A DNA stretch of 64,000 nucleotides, taken from Chiloscyllium plagiosum (Eukaryota). A program made the translations under genes and the position numbers. The notes below the pieces were generated by a model. That model made no database searches. It was given only the letters and a program-made list of their open reading frames with translations, and had not been told where the DNA came from. Every line of letters begins with the position of its first letter. The first letter of the stretch is position 1. Below are positions 1 through 13,282 of the stretch, in pieces. The stretch lies in NCBI RefSeq assembly GCF_004010195.1, contig NC_057726.1, forward strand, positions 69,115,418-69,179,417, written 5' to 3'.

Positions 1-1356
1 AACGGAAGTTAGAGAAAGAGCGCGACCGTCAAAGGACGGTCGTTGTCTCCAAGGTGCCGTCTATATACAAGGAGGTAGAAGAAAAGATCAAACTCCCCGA
101 TGTAACACAGAACCTGTTTATTGATCTTACGTCGAGGATAGCCACCGTGTTAAATATTAGCAATTGCTGGGTTTGTGGGGGGCCACATATGACTGAACAA
201 TGGCCGTGGTCTGGTCAAAGCTTAGATATATGGGAGTTGCTTCAGTATAATTGGACACATGTCAATGAAAGGAAAGGGCAGGTGTGGAGACTGACTAACA
301 GCCCGGAAGGCCAGTTCTGTGTTGAAGGGAAAGGGAAGGTTGAGGTGGGTATCGGCCCCTGTCAGAGTGTGTTGAATGCAACCACACAAGTCTGGTGGCC
401 TGAGGATATCACATGGTACATTGCTAAACAGGAGAACCGCAATTGTGTGAGGCTGAGCGATGACTCTCGGTTTTGGAATTGTAGCGGCACCGGCCCTTAT
501 GAGGGCATCCCTGGGATAAAAGAGGTGTGGAATGGAGTTGCGAAACGGGGGGGCCTGCCCCAGATGGCCTATTCTGGATATGCGGTAATCAGGCCTATGC
601 CAAGTTGCCCATCGGATGGGCTGGGGTATGTTTCCTGGGTCTAATACGACCTGCGTTCTTCCTATTACCCCGGGAGGAAGGCGATGTTTTGGGAGTTAAA
701 CTCTTTGACTCCCTGCGTAGGTCGCCAAGGGATATCCAAGTCGGTGATTGGGGGGATGAGTGGCCACCGGCCCGGATTATTGAATACTATGGGCCGGCTA
801 CTTGGGCACAGGACGGATCATGGGGATATCGTACTCCTATTTATATGCTAAATCGAATTATCAGGCTCCAAGCAGTCGTAGGGGTCATTACTAACCGGAC
901 TGCCCTGGCCCTAGAGCTGTTGGCTCAGCAGCAGGATCAGATGAGGGCTGCTATATATCAAAACCGACTTGCCTTGGATTATCTGTTGGCCTCTGAGGGG
1001 GGTGTGTGCGGGAAATTTAACCTGACAAACTGCTGTCTAGAAATTGACGATAATGGTAAAGCGGTTTTGAAAATTTCCGATGAAATTCGGCCCATGTGCC
1101 AGTACAATCTTGGCGTCCTCTTAGTGGCATCGGATGGTGGGATGGTCTCCTCGCTGGTAGCTGGTGGCGCACGGCGTTGCTGGTGGCTGGGGGAGGCATG
1201 ATTCTTCTTCTCGTAACACCCTGCCTAACTCCCTGTATTCAGTTTTTAATACAGAAAAATATTTCCCGACTCCAGGCAGTGGTGGTTCCACAACATGGGA
1301 CGCGGGAACTTAAAGTGATGTTGCTGCGAAAGACCAAGGATTTCCCGGGCCCTTGA
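1..1356 (+). pseudogene. env: Endogenous retrovirus env (gamma-type, ERV3/HERV-R-like), 5'-incomplete, broken by two frameshifts
   Basis: Three overlapping ORFs (54-644, 527-1201, 1096-1356) carry, in order: the SU CWVC motif, furin site [44 protein letters not shown], the [20 protein letters not shown] with CX6CC, HVPVQSW and a TM helix. Shifts lie near the G-run at ~547-553 and near 1090. Confidence 0.95.
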
Positions 1357-1390
1357 GGGAGGGGGGGCTTATCTTGGTCAGGCACATGTT

Positions 1391-1410
1391 AAAGAAAGAA
1401 AAGGGTGGAA
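1391..1410 (+). other. Polypurine tract of the ERV
   Basis: aaagaaagaaaagggtggaa between the env stop and the LTR. Confidence 0.8.
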
Positions 1411-2003
1411 TTTCGGTTTAAACTTTAAGATGTGCCTGGACCACAGACTGATCTATAATAAAAGACAAAACTTTTGTTTCTTTTCTAGAACATTTTATAT
1501 ACTCAAAAGTAGAATAGTTTAAATTGTGCAGAATGCTGACAATTTGTGAGCAGAGTAAAAAAAACAAACAGGCCCTTGATTGATGAAACCATTAACACAG
1601 GCAGGGAAGGATGAGTCCTTGACTGATAAGACTGCAGGATAGGGAAATGACTCGAGAGACATCTGCTACAGATTGATAAGACCCGCTAGCACAGACAGAG
1701 AAGAATAAGTCTTTGACTGATAAGACTGCAGGGTGAGAAAAACAACAACTTTAGAGACTCTGAAGACATTTTGTTGCGGACTTTGTGATAAGAGTGCAAA
1801 TTGGAGAATAATGATTTTTTTAAGAATGTGAACCTCATGGCTCGTTAGAGCCAAGGAGGGAAGGGACTTGTACTGTATATAATGGGAGACTTTGTAAGCC
1901 TCAGCGCGCCTTTTTGTTTTCAAGGGTGCAGACTTGTTAATAAAACTTTGTTTTCCTGAATTTGTCTAGAGCGATTATTGAGAAGCGATTTTCGTTTCTA
2001 ACA
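1411..2003 (+). mobile_element. ERV 3' LTR
   Basis: Follows the PPT. Has direct repeats gactgataagactgcagg in U3, TATATAA at ~1876, AATAAA at ~1939 and ends ...tctaaca. The 5' end reads tt rather than the canonical tg. Confidence 0.8.
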
Positions 2004-3049
2004 ATATTGATCCTCAAACTGGGCATTCACCAAAGGTGAACCTGGTGAAAGAAGTATTTCTTAGATACCAGAAAACCAATTATTTCTTCAAATATTCTTC
2101 AAATAACAAAAACTTATTTTTTACTGGAAACTAGTTTTTGCATTTCTAATTAGTTAACAAATACCCTGCATGCTGATATGCAGGCACACACGGAAGTTAA
2201 AGTCACTCCATCAAGGTAATCTGACATCTGTGGTAACTGATAGCTGTGGATTGATTTGTCATTTTGCTGACAAAATGTGCAACCTGGAGCCATCTACATG
2301 CCAGTGAATTGTGTAACATGTATCATTCAACTGAGTGTATAGGCAAGTTGAAATGTTCTCCAGCTAAGCTCAACACATGAAACATGGATTCCTTTATGAA
2401 CATAATTTGTTTAATTTACGAATACTCTTACTGAGCATCCAAGCTTTGAAATGTTTTAGATTTCAATTATTCACATATTTTATCATTGAACTGCAGAGTT
2501 GCTGCCTCTCTTTCCACTCACAGATTGTGAAATGATCTGACCACAGAGCAGCAACCACATTTCTGCATTCAATCCTGTCACATTTATTGCTTGATGAAAA
2601 ACAACAAAGCACACGCATGACAGGAGTAGGAGACGCCATGCTTTTAACAGTGGAGTAAATTTATGATTCAAAGTCCACAGCTTTAAAGAAATTTTAAATT
2701 TCAACAATTTACAGAAATGCCACGCATTGCTGCAACATTACAACACCCAATAAGATCACACATCACAGACATAATGCTGAAGCCAAGTTAATTCGGTCCT
2801 CGTGACCTCCAGTAGTAGAAGATATGTTGACTATAAAACACAGCTCGCATATATTAATTCTCAGCTGGAGAATTTAAATTTGATTTATTTCGAAGAGTAT
2901 CTTGGCTTGGCTTACATACTTGGCAATTGTTCTCCTGACTATGATTTCGTACAATTCACGATTTTTTTCAATTCAATATATGCATCACTGATCACATTAT
3001 TTATTACTCCCAATTAGGTGGCCTTAAGAAACCGGAAATGAACTGTTGC

Positions 3050-3480
3050 CAGTATGGAAGGCTTAATTTGTAAAGAAAGGCTGGACAGGCTGGGTCCTTT
3101 TTCACTGGAGCATAGGCAGTTGAGAAATGACCTTGTAAAAGTTTGTAAAAGAATGAGAGTTTAGATGGAGTTAATTATTGTTGTCTTTTCCCTAGGCAGG
3201 AAAACTAAGAGGCACATTTTTAAGATGAGAGGAGAGAGATTTAAAAAAGACATGAGGAGAAACTTTCTACACAAAGGGTAATTCGCATGTGGAATGAGCT
3301 TCCTGAGGAAGTGGTGGTGTGGGTACAATTACAATGTTTAAAAGACATTTGGATAAGTACCTAAATAAGAAAGGTATATAGGGACATGTGCTGGGAGCAG
3401 GCAGATAGGGTCAGTTTAGTTAGGGACTACGTTCAGCATGGACTGGTTGGACCAAAGGGTCTGTATGACTCTATGACTCC
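3050..3480 (+). mobile_element. CR1 LINE 3' fragment
   Basis: Degenerate ORF2 C-terminus and 3' UTR ending in (ctatgact)n. Confidence 0.8.
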
Positions 3481-5305
3481 ATGGTGCAGTCAATGTGGTT
3501 CAGGTCCATCCAATGCGCTGCTAGGAAGGGAATAGGTAATTTGGATCCAGGAGCAACTCAGAGGATTACTATTCTAATGTGGGGTGATCCATATCATGAC
3601 TGAGGAGTGTCTACCTTCTATCCAAGGAGTACAATTGCATAGCTTTATGGAACATTTCCACTTACCATCACCTGGATGACAGCAGCTGCAGCAGAATTCT
3701 GGAGATAGTATTGTCCAGGACAAAATAGTACATTTGATCAGCAAATATATTCTCTTAAGTTATCAGAGCACTTCAGAAGGAAGCAACTAATTTAGATAGT
3801 CATTAATAGGGATTCACAAAGACAAGTGAATGAATATGTATAACATATACTCATGGCGAACCTGTTATAGCATTAAAATGAAAACCTTCATATCACAGTA
3901 AACACACTTTTGAACATCTCTGTGAAGAATGGATCACAACAAATTGAAACAATCTCTGATTTACATCTTCATAATTGTTCTAGAATCCTTGTACTGCCAT
4001 GGAATTGATGGATGCTCGAGACAGAAAATACTCAATGTTGTTTCCTCATGATGGGACACTGTCTTGACAAAATGAATGTGGAACATTGGAAAGCAGGTTG
4101 CCGAAGCTCCAGAACAATTAGGGGAAAAATCATTCAATAATCAGCTTGTATGTCACATCAATTAAAGAAATAAAGTCACAAATCACAAAAATTAGATTTC
4201 TATTTTAACACACTAAAATAACTAACTCAGCACACATCTCAATTTTAAATTTGTGATCAATATCAGTTATTTGATAACTCCTGGAATGTTGCTTACACCC
4301 ATCTGGTGTTTTCGTAGCCCTTCGTAATGTTGCAAATACCTTCATTCTGTTGTTAGTGTTGAAAAGGTGTTGAAAAGTCATTGAGAATAACTTGTACATA
4401 GGTTGAGGGAAATGCTGTCAAAGACATGATGCTGATAATTAGAGATTTAAAAAGTAACAAGAAATGGAATTTTAGCAGATTAATCTGACATTGCTGCTCA
4501 GTTATTTACGATACAGCAGTGAGAGGTTTATTATTGTGCCCCGAATTTTTGCTTACAATACAGGGTTTAGCAGTAGTTTTGCCTCCCTGTCCATCAAATT
4601 GCTACAATTACAGTGGGTTGCTTCTTAAAAAAATTGTTTTAAAATGTGTACGATACTGAAAACCTCAAACAATTGGCTGTGCCAGCCAAACAAGGAGCCA
4701 ACAAATCACATCATACTATGGAGGATTTAGTGCAAAGCATTGCAGATTGCAGCACTTCAAGTGCACATCCAAACAGAAATAACTTGTAAAAGAGTCAAAG
4801 TTGTCTGCCTTTCGTATTCTTTCAGGCCAGAGATTCTAGATAGCTACCACACTCTAGGTTAAACTGTTTCAACATCTCCCCGTTAAGTGTTTCTGTCAAT
4901 CTCTTTAAACCTATAATCATCAATCACTGACCTCAACCTGAAGGCTAAGGACCTCTTCCCCATCGATAATGTCTCAGCCCATCTCAGTTTTGTGCATCCC
5001 AATTTCAGTGGCAAATGTATCAGCCCAGCCAATCATTCCTCAGCCACACTTGCAAGTCCCGACAAAAGCTTCCAGAATACCTTCGGTACCATCTCTAAAG
5101 TCATCAATTTTTGTGGCGGTTTCCAGTTACAAAAACAGCGAATCTTATTTGAAAAGGCATGTTTTTTTTCAGCTAACAAATAGTCATGTGCTCATTGACT
5201 CACACATACGTATAAGATTAAATTAGAGCTAGAGAAGAGCACTTAAGAGCATTTGTCTCTCCTGATCTCACTCACAACTGATGGTCTCAGATTTTTCCTG
5301 CCAGT

Positions 5306-5360
5306 ATGCCGAAGTATCATTCACTATGGAGTGTCTGTCTGCTGTGCATCTTGTGTGCAG
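5306..5360 (+). pseudogene. Gene A leader exon
   Basis: MPKYHSLWSVCLLCILCA followed by phase-1 donor G|gtacat. Confidence 0.85.
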
Positions 5361-5677
5361 GTACATATTTCTTTTGCTGTGTATTAGCTGTTCATAATCA
5401 AGAAACAATGTGAACTTAAGGTTAGTTCGGATGTAAAAAGGATACATTGTATTATTGTTGTCCTTTTGTCGAGTCAAATATTCCCAGAACTAATTTAGTG
5501 GGTTTGTGGGAAGAAAATATGACATTCAATTAGGACAATAGTTTAAAAATTGGAGAATTTGTTGAACAGTAAAATATGGTAAATTGCTGTTGCATCAATA
5601 GCCTGGAATGATGATGTTATTTGAGTGTTGCAGACCGTTTTTCTTGTTTAATCTCGGTGTGTGTCCTTGGTTGACAG

Positions 5678-5988
5678 CAGCTGCTGGGGGTATTTCGGCC
5701 AAAGTGAATCCGGACCTTAAACAAATAACGGCACAGAGAGTTCAACAGCTGCCATGCTATGTCCTTTCTCCGACTAAGTCGATCATTCAAATGTTATCGC
5801 TTACTGGTGGAGAGAAGGTGATAAGACCTTTCTGCAGGAGGATAGCAGAAAGTTCTTCCGTATAGTTAAAGGAGCAGCCTATCTTAAACTTCTGAATGTG
5901 ACTGTCCAGGATGCTGGAACATATACCTGTGCAGTCAAGTCCGACCAGCGAACTCCGAAAGAAACTGCTGTGCAACTTACTGTGTATG
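5678..5988 (+). pseudogene. Gene A V-set exon, frameshifted
   Basis: NAGNAG acceptor; ...QQLPCYVLSPT, then a 1-nt loss at ~5776, then VDHSNVIAYWWREGDKTFLQEDSRKFFRIVKGAAYLKLLNVTVQDAGTYTCAVKSDQRTPKETAVQLTVY and G|gtaagt. Confidence 0.92.
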
Positions 5989-6164
5989 GTAAGTGTCCGA
6001 TAAACACAGAGACGTCGCTCCTGAGAAAAACAAGTAATGTTTACTGGATTGAGACATATCGTGTGAAATATTTACATTTATTTAAAATGAAATATGTTCA
6101 AGATTATTGAAACCGTAGAAAACCAGTGACATTACTAAGTTTCTGATTCTCTGTATTTAAAAAA

Positions 6165-6950
6165 ATCCCTTCTGGGACATGGGCATTGCTGGCTAGTCCA
6201 GCATTTATTGCCTGTCCCTAGTTGCTCTTGACAAAGTGGTGGGGAGCTGCATAAAATCACTGCAGTCGATATGCTGGAAATAACCCAAAATGCCATTTTG
6301 GAAAAAAATTACAAGATTTTGACCCAGTGACAGTGAAGGAACAGTGATGTGTTTCCATGTCAGGATGTTGAGTGGCTTGGGAGAGACTTGTAGCTGGTGG
6401 TGTTCTCATATACTTGCTGCCCTTGCCCTTCTAGATGTTAGTGATTGTGGGTTGTGTAGGTATTTTCTCAGGATCCTTGTTGAATTTCTGCAGTACACCT
6501 TGATGGTACACACTGCTGCTACTGAGTGTCTGTGGTGGAGTGATTGAATGTGGTGTCAATAAAGTGGGCAGCTTTTTAACCAGATGGTGTTAAACTTCTT
6601 GAGTGCTTCTGGACCTGCAGGCATACAGATAAGTGGGAAGCATTCCAACACACCCCCGACTTGTAGCTTGTAAATGCTGGACAGGCTTTGGGGAGTCAGC
6701 AGTTGAGTTACTTGCTGTAGTATTCCAAGTCTCCAACCCGTGGTTCAATTTATATGGCTCACCCAGTTCCGTTTCTACTCAGTGGTAACCCCCAAAATGT
6801 TGCTGATTCACTGATAGTGATTCCACTAAATGTCAAGACGTGATAGTTAGATTGTCTGTTCTTGGAGATGGTGTTTGCCTGGCATTTGTGTTGCATGAAT
6901 GTTACTTTCAACTTTTAAGCCCAAACCCAGTTCTTGCTGCATTTGGTCAT
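6165..6950 (-). mobile_element. Old CR1/L2-superfamily LINE 3' fragment
   Basis: Same family as 54600-57610: shared 3' end gctggcc/gtccagcatttattgcc and a degenerate RT C-terminus. Confidence 0.7.
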
Positions 6951-7397
6951 GGGTTGGTTCTGTTTTTTTTTTGCAATTAGCTTTTGCAGAGAAATTCATT
7001 GGGGTACTTTAATGTATTTTGGTTTGCATTTGAACACAGAGGGACAAGATGAATATCTGCAAAATTATGCATTTTTGACGTCCCTTAGCTCACGAGAACA
7101 GCCAAATCGTCAGTCCCATCACTTGGATGGTTTTAGCTAAATTCCCGGTATCGAGGTCAAATTCATCATTGTGTTTGTAAAGAAAGGTGCATTTTGATCC
7201 TATCATAATTTTATTTTAAGTCAGGACAAAGTCTGAAAACTCATTTTTCTATAAGTGCAGAAGGTATATTGAAAGGATTTTAGGATTTTTTAATGTGATA
7301 CATGTGACATTTTCATGCACTGTTCGTAACAGTAATTAATGCAACTGGTGTGCTGGAAGTATGTTGTTTTGGTCACTTAAAAATACATTTTTGCAGA

Positions 7398-7673
7398 AGA
7401 TTAGATTACATTACATTACAGTGTGGAAACAGGCCCTTCAGCCCAACAAGTCCACACCGACCCGCTGAAGCGCAACCCACCTATACCCCTACATTTACCC
7501 CTTACCTCACACTACGGGCAATTTAGGATGGCCAATTCACCTGACTTGCACCCAGAGGAAACCCACGCAGACACGGGGAGAACGTGCCAACTCCACACTC
7601 CTGAGGCGGGAATTGAACCCGGGTCTCTGGCGCTGTGAGGCAGCAGTGCTAACCACTGTGCCACCGTGCCACC
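7398..7673 (-). mobile_element. HE1/V-SINE-type tRNA SINE
   Basis: Reverse complement of ggcacggtggcacagtggttagcactgctgcctcacagc...ggttcaattccc (A/B boxes), with a (taatc)n tail. Confidence 0.92.
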
Positions 7674-7719
7674 AACGGTGAAAAGTCGGTTTGTCTAATT
7701 TGTGTTATTTTCCATTCAG

Positions 7720-8014
7720 CTTCACCAGCTCCTTTGAAAATTGTCTCTGTGCCATCTGAAGACCGTTTTTCTGCTTCTCTCAGACTCCAGTGCAGGACAT
7801 CTGACTTTTACCCAAAAACCTTTAACCTTACTTGGTATAAACATCTTGGCAGGATTTATGAATGAACAGCAGGCAAAAACTGAGGATCTTTATGAAGTCA
7901 TCAGTTCCTTAGAATTACAAGAGGCCGTTCAAAGTGGTACAGTTTACATGTGTCAAGTATATCATGTTTCAAGCTCATTTCCTGCAAATGCCAGCTACAC
8001 CATTACGAATAAAG
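7720..8014 (+). pseudogene. Gene A C1-set exon, frameshifted
   Basis: ttcag|; ASPAPLKIVSVP..LRLQCRTSDFYPKTFNLTWY, a shift at ~7839, then NILAG..LYEVISSLELQEAVQSGTVYMCQVYHVS..SYTITNK and G|gtaaca. C1 hallmarks CxxxxFYP, W and CxVxH are present. Confidence 0.92.
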
Positions 8015-8869
8015 GTAACATTTTATAATATGTGGTACATTAAATGCTCATATATGTTTCAGAATGGAAAAATAAGTAGGAATTGGTTATGGAAGTTATT
8101 TTATGTGATTATGTGAAAGTCAAAATTTGACTCCATTTAATGGATTAAAGTTTTCTTCCTTTGTGTTGTTTGAAACCGATATGTAGTTCTCACATGTAAC
8201 ATTACCAGAACTATTTAACATAGGTCACATACTTCTTTTTTTATATAGACTCAATACTCACAAACGACTGAAAGGTCAATGTTAATTCTTGAGAAAGAAT
8301 GCAAAGTATCGAATTTATGTTTTCCATGTACCTTCAATCATCCGGTAGTTTTGTTTATTTTCCCAATCATCAGAGTGCCACATATGTGATTACATACTCA
8401 ACATTAATACATAGCTGATTGGATCGTAGCTGCAGAGATTATAATTATTTTAACTGAACTTTACCTCCACGAGCAACTCAAGCAAATCTGAAAACAGGTT
8501 CCATTATATTTTTTCTGACTTTGATTTGCATGCAATGCAATCAAACTCCCACCAAATAGTATATCATTTTGCGACATAGGTTAGAGAACTGAGCACTTAT
8601 TGTAATTAGCTCTATTTCCATTAATTTTAAATTTGTCATTACTTGAGACACTTTTATCATATACCTGTTGCTTTAAATTCCAGATATTTGTTTCCAGCTG
8701 CATATCAGTTAAATAAAGAGACAACAAAATTGAAATGCACAGCATTTATGTGATATATTTATAATTTTTGCACGGCAACATAATTGAGAATGATCCTTAT
8801 GACATTTAAACCTGCGTATCTTCACTTTATAGTGCTATTTCTAATTTTGAATTTATATTAATGTTACAG

Positions 8870-8982
8870 ATTTTGCCTGAAAAATCAGTGTTCCAATGGT
8901 GGTTGGCTGTGCTTTCGTGCACTTGCAATTCTAATATTGACTGTGATGACGAGCCAGGGTTTTCTGTTCTTTAAATCCAAAG
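8870..8982 (+). pseudogene. Gene A transmembrane exon, degenerate
   Basis: tacag|; DFA*KISVPMVVGCAF, a shift, then ALAILILTVMTSQGFLFFKSK. The donor reads G|gcatga. Confidence 0.7.
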
Positions 8983-9378
8983 GCATGAGCAGAAATGAAA
9001 TCTCATTCAAATCAATATGACTGGGAGCTGAATCTCTGAACTGTACAATTTAAACAACTATTTTATGTGAAACCTTTTTCAAACATATACCCTGATTCAC
9101 ATCAAATATAAAATAAGAACATTTGCAGTTTCAGTTTGCTAAGTTGTATTGATGTAGATCAGAATTGTGATCGTGAAATACATTGCTGAAAGAAATTTCC
9201 ATTGCTTCAACCCTCAAGACATAAATTCAAAGCATCTATGCGGAATGTCTCAAGCTACATTGTGAAACTGTTGTACCCTTTTTACAATTGCCAAAAAGTA
9301 GTCGAATTGCTTTTGGCTTCTAATGAGTCCAATTCTCACTCTTTTTTGTTGTTGACTCATGTTAATTTTATTTCTCAG

Positions 9379-9426
9379 GAGGACAAGAGAAAAAAATCAA
9401 TAAATCCAACTCAGCATGAAGATGTG
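9379..9426 (+). pseudogene. Gene A cytoplasmic exon 1
   Basis: tttctcag| ... |gtgaga; basic EDKRKKSINPTQHEDV. One base too long for phase 1-0; parallels the 44-nt exon of gene B. Confidence 0.65.
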
Positions 9427-9929
9427 GTGAGACAAATTTCTTTTATTCTGTCTATTTTTATTTCGATGTTAAGTTGAACAATTTAAACTAGGAACACTAT
9501 GTAAATGCAAAATATGTCAAGACATGTCTTGAAGATTTCATTGGCTCTCAAAATCACAATTTCAGCTGAATAAAAAGAAAATAGAAAATGGTAGCAAGAT
9601 TAACAAACAGTTGCAACTATTTTAAATAGTCAAACATGTTTATAAACATGCAACCTGTATTAGTTAAATTGTGCTGATATTTTTAACTATGAACAATAGA
9701 TTTGAAGCTGACAATCTTTCTTTTCTTTCGTACTAAACAAATGACAATGTGCTGAATAATTTTGTCACGTTGCTAACAGGCACAACATTGCATTGGCTAT
9801 TTTGAATGATAGGTTTCACGGTGCAAATAGAGATGACTGATCTCACCTTCATTTCTATACTGTTCAAAATTAACGCACCTATTAGGCTGAGTTCGGTGAT
9901 TGCCTGTACCAAAGAACTGAATATATTAT

Positions 9930-10142
9930 GCAGAGTCGAAAAGGGTGGCACTGGAAAAGCTTAGCAGGTCAGGCAACATCTGAGGAGTAGGTGTTTTGGA
10001 CATGTTCCCTTCATCAAGAATGAAAATGGCCTTACGTCTCAACCATTGACCCTCCTGGTCCTCGGATGCTGCTTGACCTGCTGTCCTTTTCCAGCGCCAT
10101 TTTCAACTCCGACTCTCCAGCATCTCAGTCCTCACTTTCTGC
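9930..10142. mobile_element. Degenerate Penelope-type inverted-repeat element
   Basis: Imperfect inverted arms ctggaaaagc..agcaggtcaggcaacatc / gatgctgcttgacctgctgt..ttttccagc around cccttcatca. Confidence 0.6.
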
Positions 10143-10590
10143 AAGATATATTATGCAGATAGCTTGAACAAATTGTCTTCCTTAGGCAAGTTTTACTGGA
10201 GGCTACCTCTCTGCTACTGCAATGTGCTGCCACACAATGCTATTTGAAAAATAAATAGATGAGTTGTTAATTGGCAAAATCAATAAAACGTGAGAGGAAC
10301 CATCCTATCTGCGGCAACTGAAAAGAAGCCAGGGCATATTCAGGAATAACTGATATCAAGTTGGGCAAAACTTGAAGTCTTTATTGCTGACTGCTGAGGA
10401 CACAATTAAATGACAATTTTTGATTCTTGACTGCAATTGAATGCATGCAGTCCAGCAGATTTGATCTCTTTAAATACATTTTCAGAGCTGTTTGAGTCTT
10501 TAATGCAGCAACTTTATCGTCTCAGTTGCAGTCGTGAATTTGAATTTGCTTTTTAAAATATTCTTCATTCTACACCCATGCATTAAAATA

Positions 10591-10882
10591 GGCAGCACCG
10601 TGGCTGAGTGGTTCGCATGGCAGCCTCACAATACCAGGGACCTGCGTTCAATCCCAGCCTTGGGTGACTCTCTGTGTGGAGTTTGCACATTCTCCCCATG
10701 TCTGCTTGAGTTTCCGCCGGTTTCCTTCCACAATCACAAAGCTGTGTAGGTCAGGTGGATTTGCATTGCTAAATTTCCCATAGTGTTCGGCGCACTATCC
10801 AGTGGGAGATTGGTTTTGGTGGGTCGGTGCAGACATGTTCGGCCAAATGCCCTGTTTCCACACTGAAGGGAGTCTAATCTAA
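10591..10882 (+). mobile_element. HE1/V-SINE-type SINE (older copy)
   Basis: tRNA head, central gtggagtttgcacattctcccc domain and ctaatcta tail. Confidence 0.88.
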
Positions 10883-11203
10883 TATTGCAAAAAAAGCCTG
10901 ATCTTTCAACGCATCTAGAACCTGGAACTTCCTCCTTGACAACAATGTACCTAAATTACCTGGGCAGCAGTAAGCCAAGAAGTTGGTTTGCTATTGGATT
11001 GTTAATGGTAAGCAGTAATTGGCACCAAATGCTAACCTTGTCACTGAGGCTCACATCCCAGAAAAATTGTAGCTCATGTAGAATACACCCACTTCTCTAT
11101 GGTAGGTACAGCAAAAATTAACTTCCTTTCCTGGTGGTCTTCAGAAAACCAGGACAAAGTCTTTACTCACATCTGTCTGTAAAATATCGCAGCTACACTG
11201 TTG

Positions 11204-12403
11204 TAGAACATAGAACATTACAGCGCAGTACAGGCCCTTCGGCCCTCGATGTTGTGCCGCCCTGTCATACTAATCTGAAGCCCATCTCACCTACACTATT
11301 TCATGTACGTCCATTTGTCTTTTCAATGACGACTTAAATGGACTTAAACTTGGCGAATCTACTCCCGATGAAGGCAAAGCATTCCATACCCTTACTACTC
11401 TCTGAGTAAAGAAACTACCTCTGACATCTGTCTTATAACTGTTTCCACTCACTTTAAAGTTGTGTCCCCTTGTGTTTGCCGTCCCCATACTTGGAAAAAG
11501 GCTCTCCCTGTCCACCCTATATAACCCTCTGATTATCTTGTATGTCTCAATTAAGTCACCTCTTAACCTTCTTCTCTCTAACGAGAACAGCCTCAAGGCC
11601 CTCAGCCTTTCTTTGAAAGACATTCCTTCCAAACTAAGAAACATCCTAGTCAATCTCCTCTGCACCCTTTCCAAAGCTTCCACATCCGTCTTATAATGCG
11701 GTGACCAGAACTGTACACAATACTCCAAGTGTGGCCGTACCAGAGCTTTGTACAGCTGCAGCATAACCTCCTGGTTCCAGAACTTAATCCCTCTATCAAT
11801 AAAGACCAAAATACTGTATGCCTTCTTAACAACCCTGTCAATCTGGGTGGCAAAATTCAGGGATCTGTGTACGTGAACACCGAGATCTCTCTGATAATCT
11901 GCACTCGCAGAATCCTACCATTAGCCCAGTACATTGCATTCCGATTACTCTGGCCAAAGTGTATCACCTCACACTTGTCCACATTAAACTCCATTTGCCA
12001 CCTCTCAGCCCAGGTCTGCATCCTATGTCTCTCTTCAACCTACTACATCCTTTGTCATTATCCACAACTCCACAGACATTAGTATCGCCCGCAAATTTAC
12101 TAACCCACCCTTCTAAGCCCGCATCCAGGTCATTAATAAAAATGATGAACAGCAGTGGACCCAACACAGACCCTTGCGGTACACCGCTAGTAACTGGACA
12201 CCAAGATGAACATGTGCCATCAACTACAACCCTCTGTTTTCTTTCAGCAAGCCAATTACTGATCCAAACTGCTATGTTTCCCACAATCCCATTCCTCCGC
12301 ATTTTGTATAATAGCCTACTGTGGGGAGCCTTATCAAACACCTTACTGAAATCCATATACACCACATCAACCGGTTTACTCTCATCTACCTGTTTGGTCA
12401 CTT
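11204..12403 (-). mobile_element. CR1 LINE, 5'-truncated
   Basis: [38 protein letters not shown] and RRLRGDLIE motifs. Confidence 0.95.
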
Positions 12404-13282
12404 TTGTAGGTAACAGAATAAAGTCCTCGGGTATCCAGATGCAATGCTGAGCCTGTGTCTTATTGTTTGTTGAGCAGTGGATCAGAACAAGACAAAACAA
12501 AATTATTTATGGCTGAAAAATACCTCACAGATGACCAAAAGTATCTTTCAGAGCACTGAAGTTTTGTGATTTCCTGTTCAGACAAAAGTGTCCCCGGTTG
12601 TTGCATTTTTCATTGTCATTAACCTGAACATGTTCTTCCTTAAATAGTTGACCGATTTTCTAACTTAAAACATCAATAATTTACTTTAAAACATGCTGTC
12701 TGGCATTCAGTGTACCTTGTGAATTCTTTGGAAATGCACTTCAGATTTCAGTGCTTTTATTTATTACTGCTGAAATGACCTATTGAAATAATTACTTTCC
12801 TTTATTCATAAGGGAGCAAGTTGATTCTAAAATTAATTATCTATTATCAATGGTAAGTACAGTTCTTCCTTTTCTCTAATTGCGCTCATTTAATTAAGTT
12901 AATATGAGGGCACGTTCAGTCAAATCCTGCACCATATCCCCTCCAAATGAAAGACATAACTAATTTATTTCAAGTAATTGCCTCTTATAATTTTACTACA
13001 AAGCAATGTGACCTGCGATTTTTATTATTATTATTAACAAACACAGACAGATTTATATTTTGCTTCATTTAATAAACTGCACTGCATGCTCAATTTGTAG
13101 CAGAATGTAGTAAAACAGGAAGTCACATCTCAGAACTGAAATCTTGACTTTCTGGAGAAAACGAGAGATGCCTGAGGATAAGCTGACATTTGCTGCTCTT
13201 CATCTGGTTTGGTCTGAGGTATAGTCCCTAAACAACAGGAAGAAATCACAATGTATACAGAGGTACATTTCAGGTCGTTTAA

